The translations under genes were made by a program, and so were the position numbers. The notes beneath the pieces are model-generated. The model saw nothing but the letters and a program-made list of their open reading frames with translations. It made no database searches and was not told where the DNA came from. Below are positions 9,958 to 18,560 of a DNA stretch of 64,000 bases, piece by piece. How positions within the stretch are numbered: the stretch's first letter is position 1; every line of letters starts with the position of its first letter. Location of the stretch: positions 2,112,001-2,176,000 of the forward strand of contig CAWHDR010000001.1 in NCBI GenBank assembly GCA_963828165.1, written 5' to 3'. The DNA comes from an uncultured Chloroflexia bacterium. Its GTDB lineage: Bacteria > Chloroflexota > Limnocylindria > Limnocylindrales > CSP1-4.

Positions 9958-10922
9958 CCGATCAGGCCGGGGCCGCATTCGCCGGTGGGGAGTCCGCATT
10001 CGCGGCCCTCACCGAGCGATACCGGCGCGAGCTTCACGTCCACTGCTACCGGATGCTCGCATCGTTCGACGAGGCGGAGGACGCGGTCCAGGAGACGTTC
10101 CTGCGGGCATGGCGGGCCCGCGAGACCTTCGACGGCAGCGGGCTGGTGCGGGCGTGGCTATATAAGATCGCCACGAACGTCTGCCTGGATGCCATTCGGC
10201 GGGCGGGCCGGCGGCTGAGCGCCATGGAGACGATCCGCGAGGTGCCGTGGATCACGCCGTATCCCGACCGCCTGCTCGACGAGATGGCCCCGACCGAGGA
10301 TGAGCCCGACGCCGTCGTCGTCACGCGTGAGACGATCGAGCTCGCGTTCCTGGCGGCGCTGCAGGTCTTGCCGCCGCGGCAGCGGGCGACGCTGATCGCC
10401 CGCGACGTGCTGGGGTGGCCGGCGAGCGAGACGGCCTTCGCATTGGACACGACGGTCGCGTCCGTGAACAGCGCGCTGCAGAGGGCGCGGGCGACCCTGC
10501 AGGCCCACATGCCCGCGAGGCGGACGGACTGGTCCGCGGGCGAACCGAGCGAAGCGGAACGGAAGCTGCTCGCCAGCTTCATCGAAGCGCACGAGCGAGG
10601 CGATGCCGCCCTCGCCGTCTCGATCGCGTCGAAGGACCTGCGCATCACGATGCCACCGGCACCGATGCTGTTCGAGGGGATCGGCGTCATCCGACCGCTG
10701 CTGGAGAACGCCTTCGCCGACGGCAGCTCGTGGCGGCTCGTTCCGACGGTGGCCAACCGGATGCCAACGGCCGCGAGCTACGTCAAAGCGCCCGGCGACG
10801 ATACGTACCGCGCGTTCAAGCTCGACGTCCTGCGCGTGGTCGACGGCCGCATCGCGGAGATCACGACATTCGGCTGGTCGCTGTTCCCGCACTTCGGGTT
10901 GCCGGAGACCGTCGAAGCGTAG
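9954..10922 (+). CDS. ECF sigma-70 factor with C-terminal SnoaL-like extension (SigG-like)
   Basis: HCYRML..DEAEDAVQETFLRAW, WLYKIATNVCLD, LPPRQRA, SVNSALQRAR; SnoaL-like tail TMPP...ANRMP. Confidence 0.9.
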   Translation: MTDQAGAAFAGGESAFAALTERYRRELHVHCYRMLASFDEAEDAVQETFLRAWRARETFDGSGLVRAWLYKIATNVCLDAIRRAGRRLSAMETIREVPWITPYPDRLLDEMAPTEDEPDAVVVTRETIELAFLAALQVLPPRQRATLIARDVLGWPASETAFALDTTVASVNSALQRARATLQAHMPARRTDWSAGEPSEAERKLLASFIEAHERGDAALAVSIASKDLRITMPPAPMLFEGIGVIRPLLENAFADGSSWRLVPTVANRMPTAASYVKAPGDDTYRAFKLDVLRVVDGRIAEITTFGWSLFPHFGLPETVEA

Positions 10923-10931
10923 CGGGCCCCC

Positions 10932-11168
10932 CTACGCTTCGATGAGCTGGACCCCGGCAATATCTCCTGCCGCGATCGAGGCGGCCTGCCCGAATGGGCC
11001 GGCAGGTATGTATACATAATTGGGGACGCCACCCTGCGCATAGAAACGATCCGCCGGCCCGGTCATTGCCGCAAAGACTTGGGCGTGGAGCGCTTCTGCT
11101 GCCGCGTCGTCGAGAGGCCCGGACTCATAGAACGAGCCGTCACGCTTCGAGACTCTAAGGATCTTCAT
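10932..11168 (-). CDS. hypothetical protein (78 aa)
   Basis: AAGGAG RBS; protein-like composition; last gene of the minus-strand operon. Confidence 0.65.
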   Translation of the reverse strand: MKILRVSKRDGSFYESGPLDDAAAEALHAQVFAAMTGPADRFYAQGGVPNYVYIPAGPFGQAASIAAGDIAGVQLIEA

Positions 11169-11219
11169 CTGGTCTCCTTGCTTAGCAGCCGTCCACCATG
11201 CCGCCGAAGCGGGAATGGC

Positions 11220-11453
11220 CTACGGACACTTCTCCTTGTGGAGCGCGTCACCACCGCAAATCACACCCGTGACGATGAGCTCTCCCACGATGCCAAAACG
11301 CTGTGCCATATACGGTTGAATTTGTTTCAGCACACTCTTGGTGCTCGGCCAGTACCTGCAGAACGCCGTCCAACTCTCAGGCTCACCCGTCGATACGTTC
11401 ACACCGGCCCGAAGCTCTCGGGCAACTTCACTTACTGTTGGGCTTGCTGCCAT
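11220..11453 (-). CDS. hypothetical protein (77 aa)
   Basis: GGGAGG RBS before ATG 11453; MAASPTVSEV...FCRYWP...ICGGDALHKEKCP. Confidence 0.6.
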   Translation of the reverse strand: MAASPTVSEVARELRAGVNVSTGEPESWTAFCRYWPSTKSVLKQIQPYMAQRFGIVGELIVTGVICGGDALHKEKCP

Positions 11454-11519
11454 CTCTGACCTCCCAGTCCGCTGTGGAGCTCCTTCCGAGAATTGCAATC
11501 ACTCGTGGCGCGAACTCCG

Positions 11520-12077
11520 CTACTCAGTCGGACCGTTCGTGGCGGCGGAAAGTTCGACCGCCACAGGGTCCACGCTGATCACGGGCCGGACGCCGTCATC
11601 GCGTTGCCGAGGCACACGAATCCACCGGACGGTCCCGTCGCCGCCGTGGTAGGACTTCTGTGCAGCGAGTTCCGAATTGAAGTCGATCCGGATGGGACCC
11701 CCTTCTCCGCCGTGGCTCGCCAACCACGGGTTTCCACCGGTCGACAACACGAGACAGACGTGATTGCCTGTTCCGCGCCCGAACACCACCAGGTCACCGA
11801 CTCGCACACTGCGGCGAGCGATCTGCGTGCCGTGTGAGAGGATTGTGCCCGTGTAGCCTTGGCCGTTGTATCCGAGGCCGTTCGGATCCGGAGCCCCCGC
11901 CCAGTTGTAGCAAATGGTCACGAACGCAGAACAGTCGATCGTGAGGGGGAGCTTCCGTCGTTTCGCTCGCCCAATTCCTTGCATCGGGCGTGACTGCCGG
12001 TAGTGGATCTGCCCCTTCCTGGCGATCATCCACTCAGCTTCATCGTTAGTCGCCTGGATGGCTGCGTCATCTCCCAC
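11520..12077 (-). CDS. NlpC/P60 family peptidoglycan endopeptidase
   Basis: IDCSAFV catalytic Cys, GDLVVF, NHVCLV His; AAGGAG RBS; no signal peptide seen. Confidence 0.8.
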   Translation of the reverse strand: MGDDAAIQATNDEAEWMIARKGQIHYRQSRPMQGIGRAKRRKLPLTIDCSAFVTICYNWAGAPDPNGLGYNGQGYTGTILSHGTQIARRSVRVGDLVVFGRGTGNHVCLVLSTGGNPWLASHGGEGGPIRIDFNSELAAQKSYHGGDGTVRWIRVPRQRDDGVRPVISVDPVAVELSAATNGPTE

Positions 12078-12093
12078 TTAGCTCTCCTTTAAA

Positions 12094-13407
12094 TCAACCC
12101 ACTCCGGCGGTGAAGTCGATCTCCATGGCCCATGAAGGGTGGTCGATCATCGGATTACAATTCCCCTGGAGCCGCCAGGTGGCCTCATTTCGATGGTGTT
12201 CGTACGCATCCGGTGGCCCTGCGGTGTGCCAGGCAAGGAGCGTCTCGAGCCGGAATACTCCGGTGGCGAGCGCTGGGTAGCGAAGAAGGAAGTACAACGC
12301 CGCACGACTGACCGCACCTTTCGACCGATGGGGTTCGAATCCCTCGGCTTCCCGCTTGCCGCACTTGTCCCTGATCACCTCTCGATAGTCATGGAAGTCG
12401 GTGTAGGCGTAATTGCCCCGGAAGCTGTTGCATTTCGCCTCACATGTGAAGAGATGGTGGAGGTCACCCCGCATCGGTTCCTCGTAGTCGAACCATGACT
12501 GTGGAACTACGTGCTCGCAGTTGTACGGGTAGCGAGCATCAAGCTCGGACTCCGCGATCGACTCTTGGACTAGCTCTCTCCGTCTGGCTCGGACTGCCAG
12601 ACCCTCGGCGATCAGCGCCCGAGGGTCGTAACGGTCGCCGGTGTAGATACTCTCGATGTGACCTTCCGCGCGAAGGTCGACACATGGATACAGGAACAGC
12701 GGGGGGTCGTACGGTCGAGGTGTCGTGTGCGTCTCCGCGAGGACCTTCGAGATGCGCCAGAATCTGTCGGTTGGATTTTCCGCACCGACGACAGCATCCC
12801 AATACCCGGCGATGGGGCCGCCGGCGGCATACTGACCCAATTCGCAAGAGGCGAGTTCCTCGAACGCCAGTGCTTCGACTTCCGTGGACTCTTCGACGCC
12901 CGCGTTCAACGTCGTTGGCGTTCGGCTCCTGGCGGTGCCGTACCGCCCGTCCCTGAACAGGATTCCTTCCGCCCTGCGCCGCCGGACCAGCCCCGCCATC
13001 CCGCCATTCGTCCAGCGAGCGAGCTCGCTCGGAACCGACTTTCGATCCCCTGCATTCAGCTTCTTCCGGAGGGTCGAGCCCTCAAAAGCTCCCAGACCGA
13101 CGTTGAACGCGAAGCTTACGAGCGCGTCGAATTCATGCTGGGCCATGCGAACGTTGATGAGACGTTCGAGGCCAACTGCGAACCTCTTGGCGTCCTGACG
13201 CAGAAGCGCCAGACCTTGTGTACGAGTGATCCCGCGTTTAAATTGTGCCGGCTCTGAGCCATTACAAATTCCGTGGTGGACGAGGTGTCCAAAGCCGATC
13301 GTGCAATGACCCGCCGGATCGTTGTAGAGGCGTCCCTCAAAGCCCTCCCAGCCTCCGATGAAGCGTACGCCGCGATCGCTGATGGCCCTGGCAATCTGCT
13401 CATTCAT
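12094..13407 (-). CDS. GH24 phage-type lysozyme fused to endonuclease I (EndA-like His-Me) domain
   Basis: WEGFEGRLYNDPAGHCTIGFGH gives E-x8-D-x5-T; FDALVSFAFNVG and GLVRRRRAE; C-terminal NCEHVVPQSWF..PMRGDLHHLF....CNSFRGN, KGAVSRA, GNCNPMID; single uninterrupted frame. Confidence 0.9.
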   Translation of the reverse strand: MNEQIARAISDRGVRFIGGWEGFEGRLYNDPAGHCTIGFGHLVHHGICNGSEPAQFKRGITRTQGLALLRQDAKRFAVGLERLINVRMAQHEFDALVSFAFNVGLGAFEGSTLRKKLNAGDRKSVPSELARWTNGGMAGLVRRRRAEGILFRDGRYGTARSRTPTTLNAGVEESTEVEALAFEELASCELGQYAAGGPIAGYWDAVVGAENPTDRFWRISKVLAETHTTPRPYDPPLFLYPCVDLRAEGHIESIYTGDRYDPRALIAEGLAVRARRRELVQESIAESELDARYPYNCEHVVPQSWFDYEEPMRGDLHHLFTCEAKCNSFRGNYAYTDFHDYREVIRDKCGKREAEGFEPHRSKGAVSRAALYFLLRYPALATGVFRLETLLAWHTAGPPDAYEHHRNEATWRLQGNCNPMIDHPSWAMEIDFTAGVG

Positions 13408-13432
13408 ACGATGGACCCCCTCCCATGCGTCC

Positions 13433-14236
13433 CTACCAGGCGATGTGGAGGTGCGTGTCGTGGCCTCCGTCGCCAGGGCCGAGGACCTCGGTCGCACCGA
13501 GCTGCCGACATCGGTTCATAAACGCGCGGAATCCTGGGTGCGAGCGATTGATCGGCCGCCCATTGAGCACGTCGCAGTCGAACGCGACGCCCCGGTAGTG
13601 CCGGCTATTCACCGAATGCGATCCACCCGCGATCTCGGTCAGTCTGAATTTGTTCCTCTGCGCCAGCGTCTTCAACGCACGCAGCATCGCGACGCTCAGC
13701 CACACGGATCCACCTGGAGCGTTGCCATATGAACTGCGCTTTGCAGGGCGCCCAGCAGCGGTGTCCGTCATGTTGTGAAGGGCCGTCGCCTGGTCCTTGA
13801 CACCCGAGATGTGGAAGTTGAGCAGTGCGACCTTGCGCCCGACCAGAATCTCTTTCGCGATCTGTGCTCGCTCGGAAGCACGGTCCTCCGGAGCGTCACT
13901 GTCATCGGGCGGGGCAGCCGGCGCCTCTCCTGAGTCCGGTTCCTCGTCAACGCTTCCTGCCACGAGGTCTTCGAAACGCTCCAGCTCCCGTCGAAGCCTC
14001 GACTCGTATCCGATCTTCAATGACTTCCCCGTGGCGGTCACGGTAGATGCGGCGCGCGCTGCATCCACAAGGACTGTCAGCTGATAGGAGTCCCACCACT
14101 CATTCCCAGCACGAAATCCACCGTCATGCTCGTCGTAGATCCCACCGATCCGCATGTCCTCTGCGGCCAGATAGCACCATGAGAGTGTCTCAGCCCGGGT
14201 TAGCGGTACCTCGAATTGGGTTTCCAGTTCAACCAC
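13433..14236 (-). CDS. peptidase M15-like Zn D-Ala-D-Ala carboxypeptidase with unknown N-terminal domain
   Basis: SHSVNSRHYRGVAFD (SxH-x6-D) and HDTHLH motifs; GGGAGGG RBS. Confidence 0.75.
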   Translation of the reverse strand: MVELETQFEVPLTRAETLSWCYLAAEDMRIGGIYDEHDGGFRAGNEWWDSYQLTVLVDAARAASTVTATGKSLKIGYESRLRRELERFEDLVAGSVDEEPDSGEAPAAPPDDSDAPEDRASERAQIAKEILVGRKVALLNFHISGVKDQATALHNMTDTAAGRPAKRSSYGNAPGGSVWLSVAMLRALKTLAQRNKFRLTEIAGGSHSVNSRHYRGVAFDCDVLNGRPINRSHPGFRAFMNRCRQLGATEVLGPGDGGHDTHLHIAW

Positions 14237-14264
14237 CGTCGATCCCTCCCTGTGCTCCCGGTCC

Positions 14265-15056
14265 CTATCCAGTTGGCGTATCCAGATGCCGCCGCAAGAA
14301 TTTCAGCGTCTCGGCGGCGGCAACTTCCGCGTCGGGGTTCGTGGGCGCGACGACGCCGTCCTTTAGGACTGAGTGACGGTGTGAAGCCGCGGTTCCTACT
14401 TGCCGCCGCTCGCACGCCGAAAACACGATCTGAGTCCGGCCATATCGCTCGCTGGGTGACATCCAGTCGCCTTCATATCGCATCGTCCTGATCGACGCTC
14501 CCGGGCCACGAAGCCCTTGGACCTCTGCTAAGTCGCTTTCCGATAATCCAAGGGCTTGCCGCTGGGTTCGGGTGATGGGGAACGGCAAGGATGGCTGGCT
14601 CATGACGGCGGCCGTGACCGTGGGTTCGACCATCGCCCCCAGCGCGAAGCCTCCCGAAAAGCACATCCCGATGACGACTACCCGCGACTTGCCCCCGTTT
14701 GCGACCGTTCTGGCGTACGCTCGCAACCACTCGACGATGGCTCCCGTCCGGCTTGACGAGAGCGCGGCCATCTCTGACGCAAAGCAAATTCGCAGGATGC
14801 CCTCGAGGTCGCGCAACCTCCGTGAACCATGGCGCGGCATCTCCAAGAGCTCGGGAAGGAGTACCCGGAAGCCGGCCGCTTGAAGCCAGCCCGCGATGGC
14901 TAGCGTCGACGACGAGATGCCCGGTGATTCATGCATCAGGATGACGGAGGGCCCCCGTCCCTCGAGGACCAACACCCGGCGAGTGATCACACCGCGCGAA
15001 GTTTCGGCCTCAAACGTGACCGACGAGTAGCCGGGCGGCGTGGGCACCGGAGCCAT
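14265..15056 (-). CDS. dienelactone hydrolase family protein
   Basis: VILMHESPG and GMCFSGG Cys nucleophile elbow; late His in RHSVL. Confidence 0.85.
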   Translation of the reverse strand: MAPVPTPPGYSSVTFEAETSRGVITRRVLVLEGRGPSVILMHESPGISSSTLAIAGWLQAAGFRVLLPELLEMPRHGSRRLRDLEGILRICFASEMAALSSSRTGAIVEWLRAYARTVANGGKSRVVVIGMCFSGGFALGAMVEPTVTAAVMSQPSLPFPITRTQRQALGLSESDLAEVQGLRGPGASIRTMRYEGDWMSPSERYGRTQIVFSACERRQVGTAASHRHSVLKDGVVAPTNPDAEVAAAETLKFLRRHLDTPTG

Positions 15057-15061
15057 AGGTC

Positions 15062-15991
15062 TTACGCCGATCCAGTCGGGCGGTTGCCGTCCGCGACTAG
15101 GGCTTCATGGATTACCGGTGGAACCGCGGCGTGGTGCCAGTATGAAGAATGCGCGAGGCTCCAGGACCGTTCCTCGCCCTCAATCCTGTGGTCGCGAACC
15201 GCCGACCCGTCAGACAGTCGAAAGACCTTGCCTGCCAGGAAGGCGAGCGGATCCATGGCGTGCCAGATACTGAGCCACGACCCGATCGTGTCGGGAAGGA
15301 CTACGGGTCGTCCAGGAACATACGGCTCGAGCGCCCTCGCGCCGCCGCTCGGCGGAAGGAGGACACGCTGGCGTGGATCCAGCACGTGGAGTGCGGCCGA
15401 CTGACTTCCGACCGTGATCAGGTGCTTGATATGGATTTCGGGTGCCGTGCTAGCCGCGGCGTCGAAGGCGATGATCCCGCCCAGGCTATGCCCGATCACC
15501 GAAATGGGGCGATCGGCGGTTCCTAGGGTCGGATCGATGCCACGAAGTACCTCGCGCATTCGCACCTGGATCCGATCTCGAGCACTGACGTAGGTAAAGA
15601 CATCCCCGATGCCTTCCGCCGCAGGCGGTAGCGTCGCGACGCGGATCTTGGTCGTCGCTCGCTCCGCCCAGTCCTCGAACGGCCATTTGGTGAATAAACG
15701 ATCAATGAGCCAACCGAGCCGCCCGGGCAATCCGAAACCCGCGCCCACGGAAGGGATGTCGAGTCGGATCGTCGCCATGGTCTCGATCCCAGGGATCGTA
15801 TCGACGATGCCGGCGAAATCCGGCTGCAGATCACCCCAGTACGCGGGATAGAACCGATAACGAGGACCACCGGCGATCGCGTTCACAGTTCGCTGGAGAG
15901 ACTCGACTGACGCGCCAAACGAACTGGCGTCGCGGTTGGCCACGCCGTAAATCACGAGGACGGGTTCGGCCTGAATGCCCAAATCCCCCAC
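15062..15991 (-). CDS. lipase-like alpha/beta hydrolase
   Basis: GHSLGG, LITVGSQ, DPLAF, AHSSYW; GAGGAGG RBS. Confidence 0.8.
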   Translation of the reverse strand: MGDLGIQAEPVLVIYGVANRDASSFGASVESLQRTVNAIAGGPRYRFYPAYWGDLQPDFAGIVDTIPGIETMATIRLDIPSVGAGFGLPGRLGWLIDRLFTKWPFEDWAERATTKIRVATLPPAAEGIGDVFTYVSARDRIQVRMREVLRGIDPTLGTADRPISVIGHSLGGIIAFDAAASTAPEIHIKHLITVGSQSAALHVLDPRQRVLLPPSGGARALEPYVPGRPVVLPDTIGSWLSIWHAMDPLAFLAGKVFRLSDGSAVRDHRIEGEERSWSLAHSSYWHHAAVPPVIHEALVADGNRPTGSA

Positions 15992-16001
15992 TGCCTCCTC
16001 C

Positions 16002-16643
16002 TCAAATCCCCGGAAGCATACGCTCGGTCCGAGCGTTCAGCGGCGTGATTCGACCCTTGCCGGCTGGAAGAAGCTTCAGCCTTTGCCTTGAAAAATCTGC
16101 CGCCCGCTTGCGACGGGCGGCAAACCCCCAGCCCGAGGCTCCCGCCACCGTATCGGCGTATACGGCCCGATACTCCTCAGAGCTGGTAGCGAAATTGCAC
16201 GGCTCAAACGCATTCAAGAAGTCCTTGGCGATGCCGCCACCGAGCACGCCGTCGAAGTCATCGAACGCCTTGATGAATGCGGCCGACAGGAATCCGGTTA
16301 CGGCCGCGGCAGAAGCGGTCAGAACCTGTTTGGTATCTGCCGGAGTGCCCTCCGGCGTCTGCTGAGCCAGCCACACAGCGACCACGATGGACGCAGCCAC
16401 CGCGATCGCTGGAACCGCCAGGAGGGTCAGCGACCAACCTTCGAGGAGTGGGAGGGCGCCATTCGGATTCTTGCGAAGCTGCGTTTGGCCCACGCGCCGC
16501 GAAACAAATCCGATGAGCATTACCGCGGCCGTAACGACGATCGGTACGGCGAGGGAAACACTTGTTTGATAAGCGAGCCATGCCAGACCCACGCCGGCGA
16601 TTGCGGCAATTAGGCCGGGGAGGGCTTTGAGCATGGCGCTCAT
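16002..16643 (-). CDS. hypothetical membrane protein (about 4 TM helices plus basic tail)
   Basis: Four hydrophobic segments; ATG 16643 overlaps the upstream stop (ATGA). Confidence 0.7.
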   Translation of the reverse strand: MSAMLKALPGLIAAIAGVGLAWLAYQTSVSLAVPIVVTAAVMLIGFVSRRVGQTQLRKNPNGALPLLEGWSLTLLAVPAIAVAASIVVAVWLAQQTPEGTPADTKQVLTASAAAVTGFLSAAFIKAFDDFDGVLGGGIAKDFLNAFEPCNFATSSEEYRAVYADTVAGASGWGFAARRKRAADFSRQRLKLLPAGKGRITPLNARTERMLPGI

Positions 16644-16891
16644 TGGTCGACACGTTCGCTGCAATGTCGCGGATTGTGATTGCAGCAATAGCGAAGCCCG
16701 TCGTCACCTAGCTCCAGATGCAAAGGAGAAGGAGGGCGCGATCGATGGCATTCACTACCCTCGGCCGCAACAACGCTCAGGACGCGCGACGAAGCAAGCG
16801 AACGGAGAATCTGCGAGTCCGGATCCTCTGCGCGATCCGCCGCCTCCAGGAGTGCGGATCGCAGGACAAATTCCAGTCGATCGTTCTCCAT
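16640..16891 (-). CDS. hypothetical protein (83 aa) with Cys/His-rich C-terminus
   Basis: GGGAGGG RBS; ECH...YCCNHNPRHC; ATGA coupling to the next gene. Confidence 0.6.
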   Translation of the reverse strand: MENDRLEFVLRSALLEAADRAEDPDSQILRSLASSRVLSVVAAEGSECHRSRPPSPLHLELGDDGLRYCCNHNPRHCSERVDQ

Positions 16892-17208
16892 ACTCGTGCC
16901 CTCCCAGCGTGGACGATGGGGCGGCGTAGTCGTGCCACCATCCCAAGTGCGCGCATATATATCGCACCGCTGTCAATCCCGAAGTCAAATCACAGTTGTT
17001 TCCACCTAGTCTGTCTGGATTGCGGCCATCGCTCGTCGTCGGCGTCGGCCTGTTTTTACCGCTTCGCGGCAGGCCCGGTCATCTTCCTCGTGGCGACTGA
17101 TCGCAAATCCGGGCTGCGGCGACCGATCTCGGTGCTCCAAGCACTCGAGTCGAGGGATTGATTCACGGGAACAGTGGTTGGCTTGGACAACGCTGCGCAT
17201 CCCCGAGA

Positions 17209-18429
17209 TCACGACGTTCGGCCCGGAACGGTTCCGCGTGTTCGGGCTGCCGGAGACCCTCCCGACCTGATGTCACGATGCGGCCCCGCGGCGTCGTCAC
17301 CCGGACCTGCCCCCTCAATCACCACGATCGCCAGCAGCGCCGCCGCGACCGCGGCGAGCGGCCAGACAGGTGGCATTGACGCCACCAGTGCGAGAGCGCC
17401 GAGCATCACGGGAAGGATCAGGAGCCGGGGCACCAGGATCCGGCCGCCGAGCAATCGATACGACAGCGCCGAGAAGGCCACGAACAGCGACACGCCGATG
17501 CCGAGTGAGGCCAACACGGCGGCCGAGGCGGGTTCGTCGGGATGTGCCGCGATCTCCTCGATCGCCACCGCGAACCCGACGATGCCGCCGATCAGGGGGA
17601 AGTGGGCGAGGCTGAACGCATCCCGCGCCAGCGGGCCCAGTCGCTCGGGCGGGGCTGCCGCGTATCGATGCTCGAGCGCCTCCTTCAACCAGCCGAAGTA
17701 GGTCCACCACAGCAGGCTGGCGACGAGGATCGTCACGACGGCGGCCGACGCCAGGGCCACAGTTCGCTCGTCACTGGCCACCGCGGTCCCCGCGACGATG
17801 AGGGACTCGCCGATCGCGATGATCACGAACAGGGCGTGCCGTTCGGCGAGGTGCGACGGATTGAGGTCCCAGCTCGCGCCCCGGCCGGCCCACGCCGCCG
17901 CGATCACGTCGGCGACGATCGCAAGGAGCCAGAACAGAGGCCGCAACGACGGATCGACAACGGCCCCGATCAGTACGAGCGCCAGGCCGATGGTCGAGAG
18001 GGCCGACCAGGCGATCACGACGGTATGGCTGGCGTCGGCGCGTTCGCGATCCACGCCCACCTGGAGGGCCAGCCCGAGCGCGCGGACGAGGACGTACGGC
18101 ACCGCGAACCAAAGAGCGTCTTCGGCGAAGGCGCGCGTGACGGAAGCCGCCATGACCAGAGCGACGCCAGTCGCCACGAGGGTCACAACGCGAACGCCGG
18201 GATGGGTCGTGTCGGCCGGGTTGAGCGTCCACGTGAACTGCGTCCACGCCCACCAGATGAGCCACCCCAGCAGGATCGATCGGAGGACGCCGTCGGGTGT
18301 CAGGTCATGCGCCGTCAGGGCGGTGAGCTGCGTGATCGCAAAGACGAAGACAAGGTCGAAGAAGAGTTCGACGAAGGTCACCGATTGCGGGTCGGATGTC
18401 CGCAGATTGGACGGGAGTCGCGCACGCAT
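17209..18429 (-). CDS. ltrA: low temperature requirement protein A family
   Basis: VTFVELFFDLVFVFAITQL, IWWAW, HLAERHALFVIIAIGES. Confidence 0.9.
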   Translation of the reverse strand: MRARLPSNLRTSDPQSVTFVELFFDLVFVFAITQLTALTAHDLTPDGVLRSILLGWLIWWAWTQFTWTLNPADTTHPGVRVVTLVATGVALVMAASVTRAFAEDALWFAVPYVLVRALGLALQVGVDRERADASHTVVIAWSALSTIGLALVLIGAVVDPSLRPLFWLLAIVADVIAAAWAGRGASWDLNPSHLAERHALFVIIAIGESLIVAGTAVASDERTVALASAAVVTILVASLLWWTYFGWLKEALEHRYAAAPPERLGPLARDAFSLAHFPLIGGIVGFAVAIEEIAAHPDEPASAAVLASLGIGVSLFVAFSALSYRLLGGRILVPRLLILPVMLGALALVASMPPVWPLAAVAAALLAIVVIEGAGPGDDAAGPHRDIRSGGSPAARTRGTVPGRTS

Positions 18430-18560
18430 CCCGGCAGCGTAGCGGACGCCGAAACCTCAAAAGGAGTCAGTAGTCCGTATGGGTGATGACCTCACCGAAA
18501 CAGGCCGGGATACTAGTGGTCCGGGCGCCGCGCGTGGTGCCATCGTCACCTGGGGGATCG

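Noticed and set aside
9419-10922. Long overlap or fusion between the VOC and sigma ORFs
   Set aside because: Explained by one indel near 9910; the corrected VOC gene ends in a normal GTGA overlap
10932-16891. Prophage lysis cassette
   Set aside because: No integrase, terminase, capsid, tail, att-like repeat or tRNA seen nearby; a fully decayed origin cannot be excluded
16946-16976. Promoter for the lytic operon (minus-strand TTGACA at 16971-16976, GTGCG..ATATAT..CGCAC dyad)
   Set aside because: No convincing -10 at 16-18 bp spacing; left uncalled
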